Sequence record: OZ346219.1
Origin: a phage
DNA: 64,000 bases
Strand: one strand, 5' to 3'
A program made the position numbers and the translations under genes. This document shows positions 47,406-56,334 of this stretch, one piece after another. Every line of letters starts with the position of its first letter. Position 1 is the stretch's first letter. The notes beneath the pieces were generated by a model that was not told the DNA's origin, ran no database searches, and was given only the letters and a program-made list of their open reading frames with translations.

Positions 47406-48562
47406 AGATATTTCCCGAATCGGTTGTAGTCATCGTCTGTTAAATCGGTATTAACCTGAGATACCAGATACATAATCTCTACTTCCTGCGCCGCGTTTTG
47501 AACTTCGTCAGAGTTCAACCATTTACGCATCCACGGTAACGGATGACGACGAACACTAAACGGGCTTTTCAGTCCGGCAGCACGCATACGGGAATCTGCC
47601 AGGTATTCTACATAGGTTTTCAGAATTTCCGGTGACAGGTTAGGAATTGCCCCCATTGCGAATAGGTGGTCTACCCATTCTTTTTCTTGCTCGACAACAT
47701 CCAGAAAGATTTTCGTTGCTTCGTCTTCAAGTTCTTCCGCAATCTGTTTCCACTCATCACCATCAGCCCCCGTTTGCCATTGACGAATAATGTATTGTGT
47801 GCCTTTTAAGTGAAGTTGTTCATCACGCGCAATAAATTTCATGATCTTCGCGTTGCCTTCCAGTAAACCACGTTCGGCAAAGCTGAAAGTACATGCAAAG
47901 GACACATAAAAACGAATTGCTTCCAGTGCATTGACGCAGTGTGCACACAGATAAATCGAAGCCATCAGATCTCGTTTTGTATCTTCAAAAAATCTTCTTG
48001 CATCATCTAATGCTGTCTGGTCGTCTCGTTCTTCCCAATAGCGGAGATCTTCTTTTGCATTCTCATACTTACGAATCCAATAAAGAACATCATCATAATA
48101 TTTCCCGATAGATTCCGCTCGCTTCATGATAGCAGGGTTATCGATGATCTGGTCGAACTCACTAGCCGGATCAATGAAACAGTTACGCATAATGTGTGTA
48201 TAGCTTCGGCTATGAATCGTTTCGCTGAATGTCCATGTTTGCAACCATGTATCGAGAGTTGGATCAGATACAATTGGACCAAATGCTGCGGACGGTGCGC
48301 GACCTTGAATAGAATCAAGTAATGTCTGATACTTCAAGTTTTCAGTAAAGAAACGCTTTTCAACGTCACCCATATTAAGATATTGAATGCGGTCGGTTGC
48401 AAGTGAAATTTCTTCGGGGCGCCAGAAAAATGACAATTGCTTTTCGATCAGTTCTTCAAATACTTGATGACGCTGAATATCATAGCGAGCGATACCCAAC
48501 CCACTACCCAGAAACATTGGTTCGTTCATAATATCAACATGTTCGCGGTTAAATACGCTCAT
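47402..48562 (-). CDS. nrdB: ribonucleotide reductase small subunit NrdB
   Basis: 386 aa; FFWRPEE, ferritin-like di-iron fold sequence; synteny with nrdA. Confidence 0.9.
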   Translation of the reverse strand: MSVFNREHVDIMNEPMFLGSGLGIARYDIQRHQVFEELIEKQLSFFWRPEEISLATDRIQYLNMGDVEKRFFTENLKYQTLLDSIQGRAPSAAFGPIVSDPTLDTWLQTWTFSETIHSRSYTHIMRNCFIDPASEFDQIIDNPAIMKRAESIGKYYDDVLYWIRKYENAKEDLRYWEERDDQTALDDARRFFEDTKRDLMASIYLCAHCVNALEAIRFYVSFACTFSFAERGLLEGNAKIMKFIARDEQLHLKGTQYIIRQWQTGADGDEWKQIAEELEDEATKIFLDVVEQEKEWVDHLFAMGAIPNLSPEILKTYVEYLADSRMRAAGLKSPFSVRRHPLPWMRKWLNSDEVQNAAQEVEIMYLVSQVNTDLTDDDYNRFGKYL

Positions 48563-48577
48563 TAATTCACCTCACTA

Positions 48578-48745
48578 TCACTTTTTAACACAAAAGAACT
48601 TAGTATTTCTGTTAACTTCGATATCCTGCTGCAATTCCTGCACAGCTTCAAAACAATTTTGATGTGATGAAAACTCTACGCTGGTAACAGTTCCTTTATT
48701 ATATGATCCTACGCTAACGGAAAGCAATAACCATAATGTAGCCAT
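48578..48745 (-). CDS. small protein (55 aa), tandem paralog
   Basis: MATLWLLLSVSVGSYNKG...; TAATG overlap with upstream ORF. Confidence 0.35.
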   Translation of the reverse strand: MATLWLLLSVSVGSYNKGTVTSVEFSSHQNCFEAVQELQQDIEVNRNTKFFCVKK

Positions 48746-48918
48746 TAGTTCACCTTTTGTTTTTCAACGCAATATAGATTCATAAAGCGTTTATTGTCTT
48801 CACGGATAATCTCGCGAGCTTTAACGCAATCCTGCTTTGTTGCAAACTCAATGCTTGACATATTTCCGTAATTATACATTGAATTGCTGATTGCAATCAA
48901 TAACCATACAGTAGCCAT
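48745..48918 (-). CDS. small protein (57 aa), tandem paralog
   Basis: MATVWLLIAISNSMYNYG... Confidence 0.35.
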   Translation of the reverse strand: MATVWLLIAISNSMYNYGNMSSIEFATKQDCVKAREIIREDNKRFMNLYCVEKQKVN

Positions 48919-49085
48919 TATTCGACAACCTCAAAGCATTTATCATCAGGAAGAATAGCCCATTCTATGCCGTATTCATCCTCAACGTAGTAGCAAGTCC
49001 CGTCATGTCGAGCATCATATACATCACCAACAACAAAGCTATCAGCTAGCTCAAAATCTACAGCAACACATTTTAATTTGGTCAT
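48918..49085 (-). CDS. small hypothetical protein (55 aa)
   Basis: promoter cassette and RBS upstream. Confidence 0.4.
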   Translation of the reverse strand: MTKLKCVAVDFELADSFVVGDVYDARHDGTCYYVEDEYGIEWAILPDDKCFEVVE

Positions 49086-49117
49086 AATAAAATCCTCACT
49101 TGTTTTTTGATGGTTGT

Positions 49118-49146
49118 ATTATAGCGGGGATTTCTCCCCGCGTCAA
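49118..49146 (-). promoter_or_regulatory. sigma70-like early promoter cassette with stem-loop (PeSL-like)
   Basis: TTGACG-N17-TATAAT; gcggggatttctccccgc. Confidence 0.55.
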
Positions 49147-49154
49147 CACTTATT

Positions 49155-51398
49155 TTACAGCTTGCAAGATGAGCACTCGCTAGCGTCTTCCGTACCATCT
49201 GCACCATCACGCACGTTAGCGTAATACAGTGTCTTGAGGCCGTAATATTGAGCAAACAACATATCATCTAAAACATCAGCAATATCGACTTTACCAGTCT
49301 TATAAGTGCTTGGATCGTAGGATGTGTTGGAACTAATCGCCTGATCTACAAACTTCTGCATGATCGCTGCCAGTGTCAGATAAGGCTTGTTACCTTTCTT
49401 GATCAGTGTCCAAAGCAGGTCAATAACATCAGCATTATTCTCTACGTTCGGAATGACCTGATTAAATTGCCCTTCTTTCGATCCTTTAACCGATACAATC
49501 CCGCGAGGCGGTTCAATACCGTTTGTGCTGTTAGATACCTGAGAAGACGACTCACACGGCATCAGCGCCGAAAGTGTACTGTTACGAATGCCATATTTTT
49601 TCAGGTCTTCGCGCAGTTCTTCCCAATCCATCTCATACACCGGATCAACCAGTTCATCTACTGTCTTTTTGTACCAGTCGATAGGCAGTTCACCGCGACC
49701 ATAGCGTGTTTCGTGCATCAGTTCGCAAGCACCCTTCTCTTTAGCCAGTCGCACACTAGCCTTAATCAGAGCATATTGCAAGCGTTCAAACGTTTTATGC
49801 GTAAACTCGTTAGCGTCTTCATATGTGAAGAAATTATCTGCTAGATATGATGCAAAGTTAGTAACACCAACACCCAGAGAGCGACGTTTTTTGGCTGTCA
49901 GAGCTTGTTCTACAGGATAATCCTGATAATCTAACAGGTTGTCAAGTGCACGCACCATAACCATAGCAATGCGTTCTACTTCTTCCATATTTTCGATATC
50001 GAAATTACCTAAAACATATGCTGCCAAAGTACATAGGCTAATTTCTGAATCATCACGACCCATCGGTTTAGTAGGCAGTGCAATTTCACAACACAGGTTA
50101 GATTGTTTAATCGGTGCTACATTACGAATAAACGCCCCGTGATTGTTCATGTTGTCTGTGAACGTTGGGTAGATTCGACCAGTGTTAAAACGTTCAATTG
50201 CCACCGCTAAAAACAGGTCTTCGGCTTTAACACGAGTTTTACGAACACTCGGATCTTTTTCCAGTTTTTCGTAAAGTTGGCGGAAACCTTCCTCATCTCG
50301 GAAGTATAGATCCCACAACAAGCCACCCGCAACATCTGGACTAAACAGAGTAATGTAATCCCGTTTAAGGAATCGCTCTACCATCAGGTTATTAATCTGT
50401 ACGCCGTAGTCAAGATGGCGAATGCGGTTATCTTCCACGCCCTTATTGTTCTTTAACACAATCAGACTTTCAAACTCTAAATGCCACATTGGGTAATAGA
50501 GTGTCGCTGCCCCGCCACGAATACCGCCTTGTGAGCATGACTTAACGGCAGTCTGAAAATGTTTCCAGAATGGGATAACGCCAGTATGACGAACTTCACC
50601 ATGCCCGATCTTAGATCCTTCCGCGCGAATCATGCCAGCGTTGATACCGATACCAGCACGCTTGCTAATATACTTAATGATTGCATTTGCGGTTTCATTA
50701 ATACCCTGCAATGAGTCATCACTTTCGATCACCACACACGAACTAAATTGGCGTGTTGGGGTACGCACACCTGCCATAATCGGAGTAGGCAGAGAGATTT
50801 GCTTATTCGCAACCGCATTATAAAAATCAATCACATGTTCAAGTCGATTTTCGGTCTCTTCTTGATGCAAGCACATACCGATCAGCATATACGCAAATTG
50901 CGGTGTTTCGATGATTTTCTTAGTGCTGCGATCCTGAACAAGATATTTCTCTTTTAACTGCATCGCACCAGCATAGGTCATTTTAAAATCAAGTTTATGG
51001 TCGATGAATTTCTCCAGATATTCCACTTCTTCACGGGAATACTTTTGCAGAATTTCGCGATCATATTTTCCGGTTGCAATATTACGCTCAATATGGCTGT
51101 AAAAATCAATCGGTTGGAATTGACCGTATACTGATTTGCGAAGCGCGAACATTGCAAGGTTACTTGCTACATATTGATAATCGGGTGTTTCTACAGTAAT
51201 GTTATCTGCTGCGACCTTAATCAATACTTTCTGGATATCGTTGGTAGACATACCTTCTGTCAGAAGTGGTTCAACCATATCAAACAATTCATATGGATCA
51301 ACGTTATGACCTTCGGCTGCCGCTTCCAGAATTTTCATTACTTTTTCTTTTTCAAAAGGAACAGTCAGACCGGAAGACTTAACAACATTTTTAATCAT
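49155..51398 (-). CDS. nrdA: ribonucleotide reductase large subunit NrdA
   Basis: 747 aa; N-terminal ATP-cone, class I RNR core, C-terminal CSSC. Confidence 0.92.
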   Translation of the reverse strand: MIKNVVKSSGLTVPFEKEKVMKILEAAAEGHNVDPYELFDMVEPLLTEGMSTNDIQKVLIKVAADNITVETPDYQYVASNLAMFALRKSVYGQFQPIDFYSHIERNIATGKYDREILQKYSREEVEYLEKFIDHKLDFKMTYAGAMQLKEKYLVQDRSTKKIIETPQFAYMLIGMCLHQEETENRLEHVIDFYNAVANKQISLPTPIMAGVRTPTRQFSSCVVIESDDSLQGINETANAIIKYISKRAGIGINAGMIRAEGSKIGHGEVRHTGVIPFWKHFQTAVKSCSQGGIRGGAATLYYPMWHLEFESLIVLKNNKGVEDNRIRHLDYGVQINNLMVERFLKRDYITLFSPDVAGGLLWDLYFRDEEGFRQLYEKLEKDPSVRKTRVKAEDLFLAVAIERFNTGRIYPTFTDNMNNHGAFIRNVAPIKQSNLCCEIALPTKPMGRDDSEISLCTLAAYVLGNFDIENMEEVERIAMVMVRALDNLLDYQDYPVEQALTAKKRRSLGVGVTNFASYLADNFFTYEDANEFTHKTFERLQYALIKASVRLAKEKGACELMHETRYGRGELPIDWYKKTVDELVDPVYEMDWEELREDLKKYGIRNSTLSALMPCESSSQVSNSTNGIEPPRGIVSVKGSKEGQFNQVIPNVENNADVIDLLWTLIKKGNKPYLTLAAIMQKFVDQAISSNTSYDPSTYKTGKVDIADVLDDMLFAQYYGLKTLYYANVRDGADGTEDASECSSCKL

Positions 51399-51466
51399 AT
51401 TACCTCACTTCATATTTTAGCAGGAACAAGTTTATCCTCCATATTGGGGGCTTTCGCCCCCTTTGT

Positions 51467-52699
51467 TTATACTGCCATTTGAGCGGTGATTGCTGGATGG
51501 CTTTGATAGTTGTGAATTTTAAAGTCTTTCGGAGTCTTTGTCAATACCTCATCTAAAGATTTAAATTCCGGCAACTCAATCGTTGGTTTATCAAACGGAA
51601 CACGGCTTAACTGTTCCATAACTTGATCAAAATGGTTTTTGTAAATGTGAGTATCTCCACCAGAGAAAATCAGTTCTCCTACCTCAAGATCACACATTTT
51701 CGCTATGATGTGAGTTAACAGCGCATAGCTGGCGACGTTAAAGGGCAAGCCTAAAAAGCTGTCTACGCTTCTCTGAAACCACATACAAGACAGTTTACCT
51801 TCATTGACGTAGAATTGCACGAAAGGATGACATACACCCAATACAGCATTATGTGTTCCTTGTACGTTCCATGAGTCAATAATGATCCGGCGATCCGTTG
51901 GATTGTTTTTAATTTGTTCAATCACGTTTTGTAACTGGTCTTCCCAAATCTTCGGGCGATAGACATATTCTTCATCGTCTTTAGTGCTCGATGTGTCTAC
52001 GTCCATACTAGCAAAGATCGTGGTATCTGGTGCTAAAATATCCCCACCCAGATAATCACTATCAAGCAGATAACCGAAATAACCATCATCTACCCATTCC
52101 TGGAATCCCCACAAGCAATATGCATCATTAACAAAATTAGATTGAGTCTTCCAGTGGTCTGCTACTAAGAATAGATTATACTCAGAATCAAACTCTTCAT
52201 AACGCATACCACGCCAGATAGCACATAAACGGTCTTCTGTTTCATTGGTTGGCGTAAAGTCTTCTACCCACGGGTGCTTAAATGTATGTGCATATTTGCT
52301 CTTAACGCGCTTAATTTTGATTTCACCGTGTGGATGAATCGGTTTGCGTCGCCATGCCATACCATACATATTGCCGACATTATAACCATTGAATCGCAAA
52401 GGATTCTTTTCTTTCATATCAAGACAGTTGCCGCGCCAAATGTCGAAGGCTTCTTCGTCAAACTTACCGCGTGTAATTTCCTGTAAGCGACGGCGGTCAA
52501 GTGATCCCTCCATAAACCATAGCAATTCGCCAATTACAGAGGCTGTAGCCATCTTTTTAGTGGTTAGTAAGGGGAAACCCTTGCTTAAATCAATTCGCAT
52601 CTCTGCGCCGAATTTAGAGAGCGTACCTACCCCCGTGCGGTCTTCACGAGGCCAGCCATTATCAAGAACATCACGCAATAGTTTCAAATATTCTTTCAT
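51467..52699 (-). CDS. td: thymidylate synthase with ~120-aa internal insertion
   Basis: 410 aa; DRTGVGT, RRIIIDSWN, catalytic CH, FQRSVDSFLGLPFNVASYALL, GGDTHIY match ThyA; extra segment between WRR and DQLQNVI. Confidence 0.85.
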   Translation of the reverse strand: MKEYLKLLRDVLDNGWPREDRTGVGTLSKFGAEMRIDLSKGFPLLTTKKMATASVIGELLWFMEGSLDRRRLQEITRGKFDEEAFDIWRGNCLDMKEKNPLRFNGYNVGNMYGMAWRRKPIHPHGEIKIKRVKSKYAHTFKHPWVEDFTPTNETEDRLCAIWRGMRYEEFDSEYNLFLVADHWKTQSNFVNDAYCLWGFQEWVDDGYFGYLLDSDYLGGDILAPDTTIFASMDVDTSSTKDDEEYVYRPKIWEDQLQNVIEQIKNNPTDRRIIIDSWNVQGTHNAVLGVCHPFVQFYVNEGKLSCMWFQRSVDSFLGLPFNVASYALLTHIIAKMCDLEVGELIFSGGDTHIYKNHFDQVMEQLSRVPFDKPTIELPEFKSLDEVLTKTPKDFKIHNYQSHPAITAQMAV

Positions 52700-52940
52700 C
52701 CCACTTCACCTTTTTCTTATTGATTGCTTTCTTACGCAGTTTTGCTACTGTCTCGTCAATGTCTATAAAGATAACACCACGGTCGAATACAGTAGCAGGT
52801 CTTGAGATATCGCTATTTTCTTGCACAGGAAGCCATGATGCGCTCGCTTCATCATAGAGATATTGTAAACCGTAATAATCTACGGCTACTGCGTAGTTTT
52901 CACTGGTAGCTGACCATAATTGAATAATACCGACTTTCAT
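52671..52940 (-). CDS. hypothetical protein (89 aa from MKVGIIQ)
   Basis: ORF; overlaps td start. Confidence 0.4.
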   Translation of the reverse strand: MKVGIIQLWSATSENYAVAVDYYGLQYLYDEASASWLPVQENSDISRPATVFDRGVIFIDIDETVAKLRKKAINKKKVKWDERIFETIA

Positions 52941-53032
52941 TATTGCTCCCGTCCACAATGTAAACACCGACTACCAGCAAACATCAAAGATTCACCACAA
53001 TGTTTGCACTCATAATCTGTCAGAATTTTCAT
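52940..53032 (-). CDS. tiny zinc-ribbon protein (30 aa)
   Basis: MKILTDYECKHCGESLMFAGSRCLHCGREQ; two CxxC pairs. Confidence 0.3.
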   Translation of the reverse strand: MKILTDYECKHCGESLMFAGSRCLHCGREQ

Positions 53033-53033
53033 G

Positions 53034-53603
53034 TTACGCCTTCTTACGTTCTAAAATTTGTTCGCTGATCAGGTAATTATCAAGGAAGTGATTATGTTCT
53101 TCTTTGGTTACAAAGTCAAAATATAATTCCTGAATCATTTCCTTAGAGATACCAACATCATATTCAAATGGATCGTTGACCCCTGAACGTTGAACATACG
53201 TTAACACAATACGGTCCGCAAAGTCAACCGCTTTTTCAATCAGGGAAGGTCCGCCGATAACACTTACCAAACCTTGCGTTTTCTCCAGGACTTTTAACAG
53301 ATCCTTTAATTCAATTCCAGTATACACATTAGGCTGGTCGCCGTTTTTGGCTTTCGGTGTCGGCTTGCTGGCATCGGTACTAATAACCACATTAAGACGA
53401 CCTTCCAGTGCTTTAGGCAGACTTTCAAAGGTATTACGTCCCATTACAACAGCCGCAAGTTCAACATCTCCCATAGTGCGCATTTTAAAGTTTTCCATGT
53501 CCTTTTTGATTGGACGCCCCCACGGTAAACCGCCTTTAAAACCAAAAGCCCAATTTTCATCTGACATTTTAGTGTCACCAATCGCAAATACACATTGAAT
53601 CAT
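53034..53603 (-). CDS. frd: dihydrofolate reductase
   Basis: 189 aa; AFG..GGLPWGR, VIGGPSL as in T4 Frd/DHFR. Confidence 0.88.
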   Translation of the reverse strand: MIQCVFAIGDTKMSDENWAFGFKGGLPWGRPIKKDMENFKMRTMGDVELAAVVMGRNTFESLPKALEGRLNVVISTDASKPTPKAKNGDQPNVYTGIELKDLLKVLEKTQGLVSVIGGPSLIEKAVDFADRIVLTYVQRSGVNDPFEYDVGISKEMIQELYFDFVTKEEHNHFLDNYLISEQILERKKA

Positions 53604-53618
53604 AATATAAATCTCCCA

Positions 53619-53948
53619 TCAAATCAGTTTGAAATAGTTTTCGTTTACATTTTCTTCTGTGATTGCTGTCTTAAATTCTTGACCGTTATCCGGTGTGATG
53701 AAATAACGGTCAGAATAATCACGAAAACGTTTTAAGTGAGATACCCCAACATTAACACCATTTTCCCAGAAACGAAAGGTAATCATTTTTGGTTCATATC
53801 GATAATCGCTGGTTAACACAGTACCATCCCCGCGACGGGCTTCATAAACCGTAATACATTCACGATTAGCGGCTTTAAGGCATTCTTCAATAGTGCCGCA
53901 CGAGATAATACTTACTTTTTCATCTACGATTTGTTCTACAGTCCACAT
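53619..53948 (-). CDS. hypothetical protein (109 aa)
   Basis: start set at MWTVEQ after promoter cassette (track ORF starts 53981). Confidence 0.5.
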   Translation of the reverse strand: MWTVEQIVDEKVSIISCGTIEECLKAANRECITVYEARRGDGTVLTSDYRYEPKMITFRFWENGVNVGVSHLKRFRDYSDRYFITPDNGQEFKTAITEENVNENYFKLI

Positions 53949-53979
53949 AATATAATACTCTCTTTGTTTCGATATGTGC

Positions 53980-54007
53980 ATTATACACTATTGCGTTACG
54001 CTGTCAA
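53980..54007 (-). promoter_or_regulatory. sigma70-like early promoter cassette (PeSL-like)
   Basis: TTGACA-N16-TATAAT. Confidence 0.5.
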
Positions 54008-55180
54008 CTCTTTTTCAAAAGATTTTACAATATACATGATAGTGCTCAATTCAGACGGCGCTACTGTCTCTGTGTAGCCGTCCGGCATATCTTCTTTTGA
54101 GATATAGGAAGTTTTACCTTTCATAGCTTCCTTGATCTTGTTCTCTAATTCTAAGATCTTTTGACCATCTTGTAAAGTCAATTCATAAAAGATCTCGTGG
54201 TCGAACTGAGATTTACTGCTTTGTTGTTTTAGTCTTTTGGTGGTATTAGAATTTGTGACCCCAAATTTTACCCCGATTAATAAATGCTCTTTTATTAATT
54301 TTTGAATATACAGAGTTCCTTTTTTTAATGGATTGTACCCATATTTTGCACATTTAGGACATCGAGTTCCGTTCTGAAAATCAGTTATTCTAGGACTAAA
54401 TCCATGTCCATGATCACATAACAACTTTAATCTTGTATTCACACCTTTCCATTCATCTACAAAACCATTACATGTTATATTTTCTTCAACGAAAATTGGT
54501 TTAAGTCTTTCAAGATATTCTTCTTTTGAACGAGCATAGTTTTTTGCACACTTAAAACAACGTCTTCCCGCTTGAAAACTAGATATAATTGGATTAAATT
54601 CATGACCATACTCACACAATAAATTCATTTTTGTTTTGTTGCCGTTCCATTCACCAATAAATCCGTTAAAAATTATGTTCTCTTTTATGAAAATTGGTTT
54701 AAATCTTTCAAGATATTCTTCTTTTGATAAAGCATAATTATGTGCGCATTTAGGACATCGAGTCCCTCTCCGAAAATTTGTTATTGTCGGTGCAAATTCG
54801 TGTCCTTCACAACACACTAAATCTAACTTTGTGAATACACCTTTCCATTCATCTACAAAACCATTACATGTTATATTTTCTTCAACGAAAATTGGTTTAA
54901 GTCTTTCAAGATATTCTTCTTTTGATAAGGAATAATTATGTGCGCATCTAGGGCAACGTTTACCTTTTTGAAAATCTGATATTCTTGGTGTAAATTCATG
55001 TCCTTCACAACACACCAAACCCAATTTTGTTACGTTGCCTTTCCACTCACCAACAAATCCATTAAATACGATATTTTCTTTTTCGAAAATTGGTTTAAGT
55101 CTTTCGTAATATTCCGTAGGACTAATCGAGTTGTATTTTTTCTTAACCCATTCAATCTCATGAGCTTGACGTACTAACAT
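53996..55180 (-). CDS. four-repeat zinc-finger protein with T5orf172/GIY-YIG-like C-terminal domain
   Basis: 394 aa; 4 x ~66-aa repeats (SKEEYLERLKPIF.EENI.CNGFVDEWKG..TKL.L.C..GHEF.P.I..F..G.RCPKCA.NY); C-terminal GTLYIQKL...IGVKFGVTN...TKRLKQ. Confidence 0.6.
   Translation of the reverse strand: MLVRQAHEIEWVKKKYNSISPTEYYERLKPIFEKENIVFNGFVGEWKGNVTKLGLVCCEGHEFTPRISDFQKGKRCPRCAHNYSLSKEEYLERLKPIFVEENITCNGFVDEWKGVFTKLDLVCCEGHEFAPTITNFRRGTRCPKCAHNYALSKEEYLERFKPIFIKENIIFNGFIGEWNGNKTKMNLLCEYGHEFNPIISSFQAGRRCFKCAKNYARSKEEYLERLKPIFVEENITCNGFVDEWKGVNTRLKLLCDHGHGFSPRITDFQNGTRCPKCAKYGYNPLKKGTLYIQKLIKEHLLIGVKFGVTNSNTTKRLKQQSSKSQFDHEIFYELTLQDGQKILELENKIKEAMKGKTSYISKEDMPDGYTETVAPSELSTIMYIVKSFEKELTA
54325..55126 (-). 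repeat. four tandem ~200-bp coding repeats
   Basis: recurring gaaaattggtttaagtctttcaagatattcttcttttga near 54490, 54700, 54890, 55085. Confidence 0.7.
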
Positions 55181-55209
55181 ATTTTATCCTCCGTTGTTTC
55201 GATGTGTGC

Positions 55210-55237
55210 ATTATACATTACAGCATCAGCATGTCAA
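55210..55237 (-). promoter_or_regulatory. sigma70-like early promoter cassette (PeSL-like)
   Basis: TTGACA-N16-TATAAT. Confidence 0.5.
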
Positions 55238-55262
55238 TACATTTTCATAAAATTTTAGGCAA

Positions 55263-55289
55263 TAAAAAAAGCCTCCCCGAAGGAAGGCT
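55263..55289 (-). terminator. rho-independent terminator (leftward) after gene 32
   Basis: A-run + agcctccccgaaggaaggct. Confidence 0.55.
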
Positions 55290-55299
55290 TTAAAATTCA

Positions 55300-56274
55300 T
55301 TACATCCCTAACAGAGCGTCAAGATCATCCAGATCAGAAGCGGAGGAAGTACCGCCACCCAGGTCCAGAGATGCCATCAGATCATCAGCGGAAGAATCTA
55401 ACGCCGTGCTAGCTGCGTTAATACCAACTACAGTGCTAGCTGCGGTAGTACCAGCGTCGAATGCATTCATCTGTGCGTCAAAATCATCAAGCTGGCTGTT
55501 AATCGCTGCCGCAGCACTGGAAGCCGCCGCACCAGCTACCATAGAAACGCCCATAGTTTTCTTAAATTTGGTTTCCAGTTCATCGAACGGTTTAAACTGG
55601 CTAGGCGCTACAATCTCACTCAGATCAACCATGTTTTCCATCAGATATTTCTGATATGCTTCGTCTTCAATTTTCGGAAGCTGTGATTGCTGCATGAAAC
55701 GAGAATCGTCATAGTTCTGGTGTTTATCAACCTTCTTAGCTTTCAGGAGGAAGTTAGCACCGGAGAACACACAAGTTACATCTACCGGAACTTCGCCCAT
55801 GTCGGTATTCACGTTCACCATTGCAACGATCTTATCATAAATTTTCTGACCGAAGCGGAATTTGAATACCTTACCTTCATTTTCTGGTGCTTGAGGATCT
55901 TTCAGTACCAGAATATTTGCGTAGTAAGAGGCTTTACGCTTAATCAGTTGCCATTCTGTTTTATCGGTATTGTACAGGTCTTTTTCGTTAATATATTTGC
56001 ACACAGGGCAAGAATCAAAATCACCGTGGGTGCTTGAGCAGTTTTCCCAATACCATTTACCATTAACTTTGAAGGAATGGTTTACCAGTTTCACAATCGG
56101 CAGACCGTCTTCTGTCTTAGACGGCAGGAAGCGAATCAGGGCTTCACCGTTACCTGCTGCATCAGTCTTAATCTTCCACTCTTTCGGATCTTCTTTGGAG
56201 AAACCGTTGCCACCTTTCAGTGCGGCCAGTTGAGCTTGCAGTTTGGAAGAATCTTGACGACGAAACATGTTCAT
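55300..56274 (-). CDS. 32: single-stranded DNA-binding protein gp32
   Basis: 324 aa; [49 protein letters not shown], acidic C-terminus as in T4 gp32. Confidence 0.93.
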   Translation of the reverse strand: MNMFRRQDSSKLQAQLAALKGGNGFSKEDPKEWKIKTDAAGNGEALIRFLPSKTEDGLPIVKLVNHSFKVNGKWYWENCSSTHGDFDSCPVCKYINEKDLYNTDKTEWQLIKRKASYYANILVLKDPQAPENEGKVFKFRFGQKIYDKIVAMVNVNTDMGEVPVDVTCVFSGANFLLKAKKVDKHQNYDDSRFMQQSQLPKIEDEAYQKYLMENMVDLSEIVAPSQFKPFDELETKFKKTMGVSMVAGAAASSAAAAINSQLDDFDAQMNAFDAGTTAASTVVGINAASTALDSSADDLMASLDLGGGTSSASDLDDLDALLGM

Positions 56275-56334
56275 AATTATACCTCTTTATACATTAACTA
56301 TTGATTAATTTACGTTTTATACTATATCAGATAC

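Noticed and set aside
51467-52699. Possible group I intron in td, as in T4
   Set aside because: The ORF is continuous and in frame across the whole gene; the extra length is a protein-level insertion, not an intron with stop codons.
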